A stretch of DNA of 64,000 nt from Eledone cirrhosa (lineage: Eukaryota): contig OZ024751.1 of assembly GCA_964016885.1 (NCBI GenBank), positions 16,616,001-16,680,000 on the forward strand, given 5' to 3'. A program made the position numbers and the translations under genes. Position 1 is the stretch's first letter. Each line of letters starts with the position of its first letter. Positions 13,809-27,029 of this stretch are shown here, piece after piece. Below the pieces are notes generated by a model. That model was not told where the DNA came from. It did not search any database and saw only the letters and a list, made by a program, of their open reading frames with translations.

Positions 13809-14572
13809 CAGGATGGGTTTAGTTGGAAACTATCAAGACCATTATGCTTTGCAGCAAAGAGTTACGGCCCTTTATGGTCCGAGTTCAAATCCCGCCGAGT
13901 TTAACTTTGTCTTTTATCCTTACGGGGGTCGATAAAATAAAGCACCAGTAATACACCGGGTTAATTGCTGGCTTTGTGTCAAAAGTAGAAACAATTATTC
14001 AATAGAGTAGTCGATACTTGCGGTAGCAGAGTATGGTTATATTATAAAGAGTTGGAACCTCGATGAGCTCTTGCCGTTTCAACAGCTAGTTCCAGAGTCT
14101 GGAACTAGATATGCTGTTCTTATTTATTTCTAGATTAATTTGTTAATTTCTGTTTCTAATTTATCACGAATTTCTTCTCAAAATGCCGACAAATTCTTCG
14201 TCTGCTTTCTCGTCTTCTATATCTGAATTCCCAGTTTCAAACAAATCATCCCACCTCCATTTTCCCCTCATGCTCGTCACTATCCGTCTTCGTCTTATCT
14301 TCCTTCTTCCACTTCCCTCTCCACATCCTTCTTCTCCTCCTCAAACCTCATCCTTCTTCTCTATCCATATCGTTCTCTTACTTCTTCTGTACAAATGTTA
14401 CATTTCATTCCACTTCTGGGAATGACATAAACAAACGACACTCGCTGGCCGTCCATCACCTCTGGTATATTAACAGCTAAACAATTAGCTAATTATTCAA
14501 CCAGTTAATTAATTGACTACACATTCAGTTAATCTTTCAAACCTGCAATATTACACGCACGCACACACATTT

Positions 14573-14622
<50 letters not shown>

Positions 14623-14753
14623 GAAAAGAATCAGGACTCCGACGGCTGAACTCAGGCCGTTTCAACGGCTTCTCATATTACCCACTCTACTACACGAAGT
14701 ATCAAGTACTCTGGTGCGTTTTTGTCCACCTGGTATCTTATCCCACCCTCTCT

Positions 14754-14831
<78 letters not shown>

Positions 14832-15360
14832 AGAGAGAGAGAGAGAGATTGAGATAGATAGATGTAAAAGGTAAACAGAAATAACAACACGATCGGTACA
14901 ATACATGGAAGGAATATATTAGTTTAACGGTCGAAATAGCAGGAAGAGGGTCTTAACATTTCGGACGCTAATGCTTCATCGGAAGAAGTAATGGGAAATT
15001 AGAAAGATTTGGAAGGGTGGAATTGATATTGGGCATGATTATGGTACTGGGGTGAGAGAGACAAATAGACGGGTGAGAAGAAGAGTATAGTGGAAGAAAA
15101 GTGATAGTGAGTCGTAGTGTATTTAAATAATGAAAGAAGCCACTAAAATATCAGTGATACGAATATATCTATATCACGTTTAATATAGAGATGAATTTTA
15201 CAAGATTATAATTGTTTCATTTGAAAGAAACCTTTCTAGTCCTGTAGAAGTTATAACTTGATGAGTACCTTACTACCTGTGGTTACCCTCGATTGGACTC
15301 GTGACTCATTATCCCCCCCCCTCTCTCTCACTTGTTTGGAAACTCTGCTTCGTAGAATCG

Positions 15361-15457
15361 AGTCATATCTGAGGATCTAGCGATTTCATAGTCAGGTTTC
15401 ATCATTGCATCAATCGTGCCTCGAGCTGGTCGCCAGAGAAACGATTGTAACATGTCT
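15361..15457 (+). ncRNA. Type I hammerhead motif with long stem II
   Basis: AGTCATAT-CTGAGGA-TCTAGCGA...TCGCCAGA-GAAA-CGATTG-TA-ACATGTCT. Homologous to 19708-19796. Confidence 0.7.
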
Positions 15458-15579
15458 AATAAATCTTATTCGTCGCACCACTGATTCTCCGTTTATTATG
15501 TGATATTATACTCTGCTCTGTAAGAGCATCGAGTGCTCAAAAGGCATACCGCTTCCGGACGCTTTAAGCATCCCGCACC

Positions 15580-15624
<45 letters not shown>

Positions 15625-15855
15625 TGGAACAGCAACATCACAACTTACAATTAAGGACAAAATGAAAACACACACGCACATAGAACAAACAACCAACCAG
15701 TAACATGCAAATACACAATTAAATAAACGAATATAAACACACACGGACACCCGGATGTAACACATGCGCAAAGTAACCACACAACACACACACAAAAATA
15801 AGATGGCGTAGGACAGAACAAAGGAGAGGCACAAAAACAAAGAAAACAATCCCCA

Positions 15856-15898
15856 GTCACTGAAGAGGTCACACAATGTGTGACGAAAGAACTTTGAC
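15856..15898 (+). ncRNA. Compact type I hammerhead motif
   Basis: GTCA-CTGAAGA-G-GTCACAC aat GTGTGAC-GAAA-GAAC-TT-TGAC. One extra G before a perfect 7-bp stem II. Confidence 0.7.
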
Positions 15899-16088
15899 AA
15901 TATATAAACAATCATCTGGTTGTGGAACCAACCAACCAACCGGAAATTTATAAATTTATTATAATAAATTGAAGTGAAAGCAACTGGTGCGTGTGTTTCT
16001 TATTGGCAACATAACCCTCCCAAAGTATAATAATATCTGTTTCAACACACGTTTTCAGATAAAGAATCTTGCTAAACAAATTCTGAAA

Positions 16089-16186
<98 letters not shown>

Positions 16187-16340
16187 CGAGGGAGTGGAAC
16201 GTAAAGTTACTCTAGGTTCATCCAGGTGAACACTCGATGTTTAGGTTCACTTCATTGGCGAAGTGTAGAGCTAAACAGAGTGTAATTCAATAATACAAGG
16301 ACGATTTGTTAAGCCTTCATTACGTTTCTTGATATAAATA

Positions 16341-16378
16341 TCACTGACGACGGAAAAAATCCCGAAACACGTGTCTGT
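16341..16378 (+). ncRNA. Compact hammerhead-like motif with weak stem I
   Basis: CTGACGA-CGGA aaaaa TCCC-GAAA-CACGTG-TC. Palindromic ACACGTGT and a GUC triplet, but stem I is only about 2 bp. Confidence 0.55.
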
Positions 16379-17189
16379 CAATCTCACTCGGGCACTGAGA
16401 TAGCTTTGACATGATGAAGACTTAAAATATTCATTACAACGCACGTGTATGTATATTATACATAATAAAATGCTGTATCTACCTTCGTATATACCGCCAT
16501 TATCAACCAGGCAATTTTAGTGTTACAGTTAATAAACTTGGTCTATGTATGTGTTATTTTAATCAGCGTTTGTGCATTTAATCAGTGTTTGTGCATTGAG
16601 GCGTATGAATTGTTTTTACAGAGTGTGTGTGTGCTCCTCTTTTTGTTGCTTTTAATACTTTGTCATTTTAATTGTATATATACACAGAGAGATATTCATG
16701 TGAATTACTGTTGTTGTTGTTGTTGTTGTTGTTGTCTCTTTCATTAAATGTTCGATAGCTTACATTTGATTTATGATATTTATTCACGCGTTTCTTTAAT
16801 TAGCATAATATGTTTTCATGTCTATTTATTTCATTACCTTGTCTGATTGTATTCTTCAAACTAATGCGTATCCATATACAACATACACACGCACGGAAAA
16901 ACATACACACACGCACGGAAAAACACACACACACGCAGAGAAATACACACACGGACAGAAAAACATACACACACACGCACAGAAAAACATACACACACAC
17001 AGAGAAAAACACACACACACACGCACAGAAAATAACATGTATATATAATGTATATATATATATATATATATACATGTATATCTGTACATACACATGCAGC
17101 CACAAATACACACATATAATACACACATATTTTTGGAATGTATATATATACACATATATATAATGTATATATATATACACACACACATA

Positions 17190-17238
<49 letters not shown>

Positions 17239-17365
17239 AAAGTTCTATTTAAATTACTGGGATACAACAAGTAAATATTTTTATAACTGATATAAAGCAC
17301 TCGACAAGTATTTGGAGTAGATATACGATATTAACAAATGGAAACTATATTTATAAAACCATATT

Positions 17366-17430
17366 TATTTCATTATACATATTTCAAGGATACCAAGTTA
17401 AATTATGGTATGCCTTCATCAGACAAAATA
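17366..17430 (-). ncRNA. Type I hammerhead motif (family D)
   Basis: Reverse complement of 18094-18158. Confidence 0.8.
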
Positions 17431-18093
17431 CAATATATATCAGTTTTACAAATAAGTATTGACGTACCCTTTCAATGTATGTGTATATATGTACCCTCTC
17501 TGAATGTATGTGTGTATATATATATATATTTATGTATCTTTGCCTATATATACGTGCTGTACGATAGGTAATTTCTTTAGTAATATACATTTTGTGATGT
17601 TTAAATTCCAATTTTTAGTATATTGATCTCAATTTTTAACCTAAATATCTAATCATAATTAAACAATGATTAATTTCTCATATTATATACGTATATTCCA
17701 TTCATCAATATTAATATTTCTAATTTTATTTATTCATTTCATCTCAAGTGTTAACTCAACTTAATATGACATGACTTAAGGTTTTCGTTCTCTCCCCCTC
17801 TCTCTATCTTTTATTTCTCTCTCTTGAGTTTTTTTTCTCTCTGTCTGATGGTTTGATATCTATCTGTTGCTTTCCTCTGTTTTCTTATTTTTTTCTTTTT
17901 TCTTCTTTTCTTTCCTCTTTTTCTTTATTTATCTCTCCCTTTTTCTCCACACTTTTCTCTCTCTCTCTCCGTCTTTTGTACTTACGACTTACTAAAATAA
18001 TATAAACAAACCACTATCCTGATGTCCTCCAAAAGTAATGGTCGCATTTTGAAAGGGTACGTCAATGCTTATTTGTAAAACTGATATATATTG

Positions 18094-18158
18094 TATTTTG
18101 TCTGATGAAGGCATACCATAATTTAACTTGGTATCCTTGAAATATGTATAATGAAATA
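18094..18158 (+). ncRNA. Type I hammerhead motif (family D)
   Basis: TATTTTGT-CTGATGA-AGGCATACCA taatttaact TGGTATCCTT-GAAA-TATGTA-TA-ATGAAATA. 8-bp stem I; predicted cleavage after 18150. Confidence 0.8.
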
Positions 18159-18198
18159 AATATGGTTTTATTAATATAGTTTCCATTTGTTAATATCG

Positions 18199-18233
<35 letters not shown>

Positions 18234-18424
18234 TAACCTATGATATAGCGTGTATATATATAACGAAGAAGGTGGGGTAAGGAGCCAGATGGACCTTAAC
18301 GCACCAGAGTACTCAATACTTAGGGTAGTAGAGTAGGTAATAGGAAAATGTTTGACCCCAACGGCAGAGCTCGAGCCGTTTCGACGAAACGGCTTGAGCT
18401 CTGCCGTCGGAGTCAAATATTTTC

Positions 18425-18461
<37 letters not shown>

Positions 18462-18650
18462 AACCAGTAAGACCCCGACAGCTGAGCTCAAGCCGTTTCG
18501 ACGGCTAATTCTGGACTCAGAATTAGCCGTCGAAACGGCTTGAGCTCAGCTGTCGGGGTCTTACTGGTTCCTATTACCCACTCTACTACCTCAAGTATTG
18601 AGTACTTTGGTGCGTTATGGTTCACCTGGTTCCTTACCACATTTCCTTCG

Positions 18651-18718
<68 letters not shown>

Positions 18719-19322
18719 GTATATATATATATGCGTGTGTGTGTGTGTATGTGTGTGTATATGTATGGGTGTCTTTCTGTGTGAGTGTGTATGTGTGTTT
18801 GTGTGTGTGTATGTGTGTGTGTATGTGTGTGTGTATGTGTATCTGTGTGTCTGCATGTGTGTGTGTGTATGTGTATCTGTGTATGTGTATCTGTGTGTGT
18901 GCATGTGTGTGTGTGTGTATGTGTATGTGTGTGTATGTATGTGTATGTGTTTGTGTGTGTATGTGTGTGCGTATGTGTATGTGTGTGTGCATGTGTGTGT
19001 GTGTGTGTGTGTATGTGTGTGTGTGTTGTTGTTTGTGTGTATTATAGGTTAACTTTATCCCAAGATTAAGTAGAATATTTATACGTTAAAGAACTCGAAA
19101 CAAGGGAATTAATTCATTTATCTTTTACAAATATAGATTTGTTTCCAACATAACGTAACCTCTTATCTCACAGGAATGATCTTAAATAAATAGATTGTAT
19201 TGTACTTGGATAGTTGCAGTATTTAATACTGCTACCAAAGATAGTGGTAAAATCCATTAAAGAATTCACCAGTCACGTGTCCTTGTTGAAGCGTACAGTT
19301 TCGAGGTGAAATAATGTAGGGG

Positions 19323-19402
<80 letters not shown>

Positions 19403-19404
19403 TA

Positions 19405-19510
<106 letters not shown>

Positions 19511-19707
19511 CAAGTAAGACCCCGACGGCTGAGCTCAAGCCGTTCCGACGGCTAATTCTGTACTCGTCAATGCTTATTAGCCGTCGAAACGGCTTGAGCT
19601 CAGCCGTCGGGGTCTTACTTGTTCCTATTACCCACTCTACTACCCTAAGTATTGAGTACTTTGGTGCGTTTTCGGATCAGAGAGGATTTGCATAGAAATC
19701 ACTAGAC

Positions 19708-19796
19708 GTATCTGAGGAACTTGCGAATCCAGAGTCAGGTTCGATTCACAAACAGATGGCACATGGAGCTATTCGCTGGAAAAACAATTGTAATAC
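19708..19796 (+). ncRNA. Hammerhead motif, G12A-mutated
   Basis: GTAT-CTGAGGA-...GCGAAT...ATTCGC...-AAAA-CAATTG-TA-ATAC. Palindromic ACAATTGT. Confidence 0.6.
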
Positions 19797-19806
19797 TTAT
19801 TCTTCG

Positions 19807-19897
<91 letters not shown>

Positions 19898-19908
19898 TCT
19901 CTCTCTCT

Positions 19909-19972
<64 letters not shown>

Positions 19973-20540
19973 ATATATATATATATATATATAGGAACAA
20001 GTAAGACCCCAATGGGGTCAATAGGGTCTTACTTGTTCCTATTACCCACTCTACTACCCTAAGTATTGAGTACTTTGGTGCGTTATGGTCCACCTGGTTC
20101 CTTACCACATTTCCTTCGTTATATATATATATATATATTATTATTATTATTTTTTATATGAAATACTGATTGATCTTCCCTATATTCTATGTCTGATTTA
20201 GCCTTAGAGAATAGGTATGTGTGTATATGGGTGATCCATACATGTATTTATTATGTTTTAATATCTCTGTGTGTGCATTGGTTGTGTATACATATGGTTA
20301 TTCTTTTAATATCCAATTGAGTTCTTATACACGTGGTTAATACCTAACAGGTTTAAATGACCAGCGTGTATATTGTTTTATTTTAAGATGACCTCCCTTT
20401 AACCTTTTGGGGACAGCGTGTATTTTATCTTTGGGAGGACTGCTGGATTTTCTAATCTACCAGTCTCTTCTTAGCGCTGAGGGAGACCATCACCATTCTA
20501 TTAATGTCGATATAATTCTTATATCGATATTATTTGGGCA

Positions 20541-20664
20541 TCCACTGATGAGGTTATAAGAGCCCGCTTGTGTATAAAACTATGGATTATATACAAGTTC
20601 CTACATAACCTGGAAATTATTTATCCCAAATTGTAGAAATCTTATAACAAAACGATCGTATGGA
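20541..20664 (+). ncRNA. Hammerhead motif with long stem II, G12A-mutated
   Basis: TCCA-CTGATGA-G-GTTATAAG...CTTATAAC-AAAA-CGATCG-TA-TGGA. Palindromic ACGATCGT. Confidence 0.65.
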
Positions 20665-21155
20665 AGGAAAGAGATATTTATTTAATAATGTCTCATATAA
20701 AATAATACAACCAGCTATCCACGGAATACTGATTAGTCAGCACCCCAAACACTAAATTGGGATAATACTTAGGTATATCCTAATGTTTGTTGAGTGAGAT
20801 GGAGTTGGTCGGAGTATCGCTTAAGGCTTTCTCTGTTTATGTATTGTATATATATATATATGTGAAGGCGTGTGGCTGAGTGGTTAGAGAATTGGATTCA
20901 CGATCTTGAGGCTGTGAGTTCGAGTCCTGGACCGGTCGGTGCGTTCTGTCCTTGAGCAAGACATTTTATTTCACGTTGCTCCTTCTACCTGGAGTTGCGA
21001 CCGATAGACAGTACTAGCAACTGGAAATACCGATGGAAACATTGTTTCCTCGGTCCGATTTGACAAAAAAGTCGATCGAAAAAAATATATATATATATAT
21101 ATATTATAAAATAAGAAGTAATAGACATAGATATATACCTATTTTTTCTGCAATG

Positions 21156-21258
21156 CCCCGACTGTACAGTTTCGCTGATTAGTTTGCAACAATTTTACAT
21201 TATAGATGCGCAATATCGTTGTGAGGCACACCAGCTTATCACGGAACTCCTCAGGGAG
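21156..21258 (-). ncRNA. Type I hammerhead motif, canonical core
   Basis: Minus strand: CTCC-CTGAGGA-GTT...AGC-GAAA-CTGTACAG-TC-GGGG. 10-nt palindrome ACTGTACAGT and a GUC triplet. Confidence 0.75.
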
Positions 21259-21471
21259 AGGGCGCTTTCCAGACACGTTCGCAGCAAATGAGAAAATCTC
21301 AAAGGCCTTTCGGTTAACTCAACCGTGTGGGAGTTTGTGACAATATCATAATGAGAGACACACACATATATGTGTATACATACATACACACGTATATATA
21401 TATTTTTTTTCACAAGCATGTGAGTGTGTGTGGTGTCGACCGTAACCAGTTTTGCTCTATGACTACGAGAG

Positions 21472-21512
<41 letters not shown>

Positions 21513-21656
21513 CGAAGGAAATGTGGTAAGGAACCAGGTGGACCATAACGCACCAAAGTACTCAATACTTGAGGTAGTAGAGCGGGTAATAGGAACCAAG
21601 TCCAGAATTAGCCGTCGAAACGGCTTGAGCTCAGCTGTCGGGGTCTTACTGGTTCC

Positions 21657-21851
<195 letters not shown>

Positions 21852-22085
21852 TAGTTAGTAAGACGTGAGAGAAATCAGAAACACAAGGACTATTCCTGCT
21901 CATCGGCTGTCTTCGGCTATATATAGAAGGACTATTCCTTCTCATCGGCTATATATATAAGCAAAGAGATATTTAATTTGTTGGTAATTCAACAGATATA
22001 TTTAGATTCGAAGCATTCGACAAGTTTTCTGGAGTATACTATCAATGATATTAATAAATGGAAACTATATTTATAAAACCATATT

Positions 22086-22147
22086 TATTCTATTATATAT
22101 ATTTCAAGGGTACCAAAACTTTGGATACGCCCTCATCAGATAAAATA
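22086..22147 (-). ncRNA. Type I hammerhead motif (family D)
   Basis: Minus strand: TATTTTAT-CTGATGA-GGGCGTATCCAAA...TTGGTACCCTT-GAAA-TATATA-TA-ATAGAATA. Stem I pairing is kept despite substitutions. Confidence 0.75.
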
Positions 22148-23329
22148 CGAAATTTGTTTTACTAATAGTGACATACCCTGGAATCAGACCTCAACGGTTC
22201 AGGTTATATATACGAAAATATAGACAGTAGGAATTCATGCCTGTTTTTCGTGTGTTTAATAGTCAAGGGATATTGGTATCTTCTTTGTGGCAACCCCAAA
22301 TATTCAAAAGTAGAGGTTGCTTGGTGAGGATGGTGATATTTGAATACTCTGCGGGATGAAATATAATACCCAGCAAAAGGCGGAGGAACTCAACAGAGTC
22401 AACGGCCATCCAAATAGTAGTTTTTTTTCTCTTTTTTTTTTCATCTGGAAGTGAAAAGCCCTCAGTTGTTGTTTGAGAGGGAAACCTTGAAAGAAAAAAA
22501 AAAAAAAACCTGCGGCTTCGGAAACATCAGTTGACAAGTTCTCCTTTTCAGGTAGTGTTTTCGATGCTCAGGGAGTGTGATTAGTCGAGTTCAAGGTCTT
22601 TCCCCACTTAAAAACCCTTCAAGCACAGGCATTTCTTGTTCAGGATGTTACAAGTGATTGCATAATACTCTTAGCAGAGTCTGCAGCCATCATATATATA
22701 TATTAGAAAGTAAGGTTTTTTTTACAAATTGAAAAATAACCGAGGTGTCCTACACGAGTGAAAGTATAAAGAAAAAGAGATGAAATCGAAAATGCAACTG
22801 GAGTCTTATTTTTTTTTAAAATATATATATTTATTTGGTTCCTTTACCGGTTTCGCAGTTCTTCTGCTTTTCAAAAGTAGAGTTGAGATGGAGGTTCTGT
22901 GGTTTTTCTCACATTTTTTCTCACATTTTTTATATATATATATATATATACATGTGTGTGTGTATGTGTGTGTATAAAAGGTAGGGTTTATAAAGTGGGT
23001 GAAAATTAGTTCAGTTAAAATTAGATTAAAATGTAATGTGATTCTAAAACAATTTGTGCAATGTTAGTTGAATGTATATGAATTTATGAAACGATATTCA
23101 TAGACCTCATAACGAAAATACATTCAGCTGGTTTATAGGGAATATCTATTACAATCTGAATTATTTATATAATGAAATATATTTTTGAACATACAGACGC
23201 ACATTCATCTGGACATATAAATAATCATCATATATATACATCCACATATATACAAGCAGTATATACACACACACACAGATACACACACTCACACACAAAT
23301 ACATACAGTATATATATGCACACACAAAG

Positions 23330-23364
<35 letters not shown>

Positions 23365-23377
23365 ATTTATATATATA

Positions 23378-23457
<80 letters not shown>

Positions 23458-23944
23458 TATATGTGTGTGTATGTATATATACATGAGTGTGTGAGTGTGT
23501 ATGTAAGTATGTATGTATGTATGTATGTATGTATGTATGTATGTATGTATATATATATATATATATATCAGCGGGAGAGATGACACCTTAGCCTTTGTCA
23601 TGGCAGAATTCTAGGAGAAGGAAAACTCTGATATAGCAGCTTCAACCCTGATGGTATCCAATGATTTTGACTTGTTCTTCATATGTATATATATATATAT
23701 ATATATGCAGCTGTAACAAAAAAGCACATACATATATCCATATATATACACTCTGCCTATAGTAAATAATATAATATACAGCATTTCATTTATTTGCCTC
23801 TAGCTTTCATCACCCACCTATTCAATTACAACGTTTTCCATATAACATCTATGTAGTTTTTTAAACACTTCCTTATTTGAAATTTATGTGCATCGCAATG
23901 AGCGTCTATATTCGTTTATGTATGAGTTAATATATATTCAGATA

Positions 23945-24172
23945 TCATTATCATCATCATCATCATCATCATCATTTTACGTCCGCTTTTCCCTGCTTGC
24001 AAGGGTGGGGCGGGTCTTATTCAGAACAGCATCTCTTCACTTGTCACGGTCCTTCGTCATCTCAACTGTGAGCTTCAGCGATCTGAGGTCTGCTCTCACC
24101 ACCACCGCCAGTGTTTTTCATGGTCTACCTCTACTGCATCTTCCTTCAACTGGCATTTCCTGGCACTTCTTC
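23945..24172 (-). mobile_element. RTE LINE 3' end with (GAT)n tail
   Basis: Overlaps in sequence with 28519-28615 (GCGATCTGAGGTCTGCT...GGCATTTC.TGGCACTTCTTCA) and continues to a (GAT)n tail. Confidence 0.8.
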
Positions 24173-24327
24173 ATTGTTAGTATTTATACAGATATGTGTA
24201 TGCTTATATATATATATATATAGTTATGAACGTATATATATATATATATATATTCCTAAATATATTTGTACTCACACGCACGTATTTTTTATGTATATAC
24301 ATATATATGCATACATATACATATATT

Positions 24328-24358
<31 letters not shown>

Positions 24359-24705
24359 CACATACGTACATTAAACACACATACATACATATACACACAT
24401 ACGTTCATATACGCACACATATACATATACACACACACATACACACATACACACACACACGCACATACTCACACACATATACACACACACATATATATAT
24501 ACATGTGTGTCTAAAAAGTTAACCAGATATATATATACATATATATATTCACACACACACCAAATATATATATATATAAATATATATATATAAATATATA
24601 TATAAATATAAATATATATTGACCACTGCCACGTCACAATTCTTAGCCATTTTGAATTCGTGTCTGGCGGGGACCACTTTAGAAAATAATCTGTCCTAAA
24701 AGGTT

Positions 24706-24787
24706 TGTCTCCTGATGAGTTCGAAGCTCGAGATTTTATCCTTAATAGGATATATCAAAATGTGGACGAAACCCGAGGGTAGGTACA
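24706..24787 (+). ncRNA. Type I hammerhead motif, canonical core
   Basis: TGTCTC-CTGATGA-GTTC...GGAC-GAAA-CCCGAGGG-TA-GGTACA. G-C closing stem II; quasi-palindromic stem III. Confidence 0.75.
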
Positions 24788-25446
24788 TAATCCTGGTATG
24801 TGTATAAGCATTTCTTCTAACTTTAATTTTATACCTAATTGTGTATGGTTGACGGTATATTTAATCGATTTCCACGTGCTGTTTAAATGTTGGGTAAATT
24901 TTCTATGGCGGTTGGCCGCGAAGAGATTGCTGTCGTTTATTTATCTACTATTTCTTCATAGGTGCCTTTTAATCTTATAGCCTGGTCTAATTGATTCTTT
25001 GTGTGGTTAATTATGCTAATTGGGAGCGGAAATGGTGTATATATATTATCAAATGATTCTATGGACATACTTTATAGTATATATATTTCTCACTCTTAGT
25101 ACGGCTGATACTTACATATACACAATTCTCGGACCGGGTGAAGTGTTGTTTCCTTGAGCAAGACACTTTATTTCACGTTGCTCCAGTTTACTCAGCTGTA
25201 GAAATTAGTACCGGCCTGCCCGCCCAGCCAGTGGGATGGCGTTAACTTATAGCTAAATTAGCATGACGTGCTGTGACCTACGGCGCCGAATGGACGCCCG
25301 ATAGACTGGTCGGTCAAGGTGATATATATATAAGTTTGTATATGTCTATTTGCATATATGTATATTTTTAAATGATTAAATGAGTATGTGTGTGCACATC
25401 TAACTCACGTGTATATCTTATTATTATACATACATACATACATACA

Positions 25447-25480
<34 letters not shown>

Positions 25481-25584
25481 CACATGTATATATATAGAAA
25501 GATTTAGATAGATGTGTATTTGAATATGTGTATATATATGTGTGTTTATATATAAATGTGTGTATGTATATATATATGTGTGCG

Positions 25585-25619
<35 letters not shown>

Positions 25620-25704
25620 GTGTGTATATATATATATATATGTATATATGTGAGTGTGTGTATGTATATATATGTGTGTCTATATATATATATATATATA
25701 TGTT

Positions 25705-26310
25705 ATGTCAGGTCACCAGTTGGTGCTACTGGTAACATGTATCCCAGTACAACCTGTCTCATGGTCGGATCGTTGGCGACTAAACTGGCAGCCCCATCAA
25801 GGTTTCTTGGTGAGGAGGGTGACTTTGGACATCCTGCAGGACTAAAAACAAAACCTGTCAAAGGGCAAAGGAGTTCTTAAGAGTCAATGGCCATCCAAAA
25901 TCACCGGGAGAGATGACCCCTTAGCCTTTGTCAAGGCAGAATTCTAGGAGAAGGAAAACTCTGATATAGCACCTGCAACCCTGATGGTATCCAATGATGT
26001 TGACTTGTTCTTCTTTTTGGTAAATATTATCTTGGTTAAGCGAGAGGGACTGGCTTTGTGCAGTGCCTTTGCTCACTATAAAAGCTTCACGGCACAGGCA
26101 TTGCTTTATATCTGGAGATCTCTCTGCACTTGTCGTCACATGGTATCATGAGCCCAGCACTATGTGTCAATAATTGTCACAAGTGTAGTGTTTGTACCAG
26201 AGTTTTCAAGTCACTTGCTGGACTAAAAAGTCACACTTGTTCAGCGCATCAGTATGGGTTCTCCTACATGGATATAAAGTAATGGCCGTACTCGAAAACG
26301 AGTTGGCAGC
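25705..26310 (+). mobile_element. Repeat resembling a LINE (RTE-type) 5' region. Partial copy at about 23570-23680 and a related piece at about 22290-22415
   Basis: GGGAGAGATGAC.CCTTAGCCTTTGTCA.GGCAGAATTCTAGGAGAAGGAAAACTCTGA is shared with 23570; GAGTCAA.GGCCATCCAAA is shared with 22396. The family assignment is from recollection only. Confidence 0.45.
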
Positions 26311-26345
26311 CACTATGTATGTATGTATGTATGTATGTATGTATG

Positions 26346-27029
26346 TTTTCTCTTTCTCTTAATTTTGAGTATATTTTTTTGACCGGCCACCTTCCTGGTG
26401 GCAAGGTTGTAAAAGAAAAGAAATTGTCATCCCTTGAATCGCAAGAATGTTTTGCAAATTTTGAAGGTGCCAGCTATCGCAGCCATTTGTAGACTATGAA
26501 TTAGGGAGCTGCGCTTTTTGTCCGCAAATCCAAGTTCAGTCATACTTTGGTCCAAGCGGGTTGGTATATAACCCGTAGCACCAATAATGATGGGTATGAA
26601 GCTAAAGGTGTATCTTGGATACTGGATTTGTAAACTCCTCATCAATGGTCCGTAGATGTCCTCCTTCTCCTGTATTTTTCTGACAACGTTTACATCAAGT
26701 GGGCAGCTGATCTCCACAACAGAACACGTTTTCAATGTGTGGTCCCAAACTACAATATCAGGCCGGTTGTGCTTTAATCTGGTGGCAGTTTTTATTTTCA
26801 GGTTCCACCAGTATTCCTTAGTGCCATCTGTCTCAATATATTCTTCCTCGTTTGTTGTTAATTTTGTTTTCCGAAGTGCGTTCCAGATGGTTCTAGCTAT
26901 CCCATCGTGTCTCATGGGGAGGTAGTAGCGAGATGACATTCTTTCGCAGCTGGCAACAATGTGGCTTACATCCTCGATCTTTGTTTTACATAGCCTACAT
27001 TTATTGTCAGCTGCTGGCCCTCCTCTTTT
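26346..27029 (-). mobile_element. R4/Dong-type non-LTR retrotransposon 3' end (CCHC finger and restriction-like endonuclease)
   Basis: CRLC...HIVASC, RHD, RPDIVVWD...VVEISCP, PIIIGATG. Open reading to the stop at 26427; (GTAT)n on both flanks. Confidence 0.9.

Larger units (their letters stand above)
17237..18199. mobile_element. Penelope-like insertion, family D, with inverted terminal repeats (about 17326-17474 and 18048-18198). Related copies at about 270-360, 21960-22180, 31626-31930
   Basis: Near-identical inverted copies; both translate as METI(F/L)IKPYLFHYTYFKD in the ORF track. Each holds a hammerhead, and the left copy has an extra tail of about 90 bp. Confidence 0.75.

Noticed and set aside
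15255-15365. Additional hammerhead TTGATGA...GAAACTC...GAGTC
   Set aside because: Stem III fits, but the core has C3U and stems I and II could not be closed convincingly.
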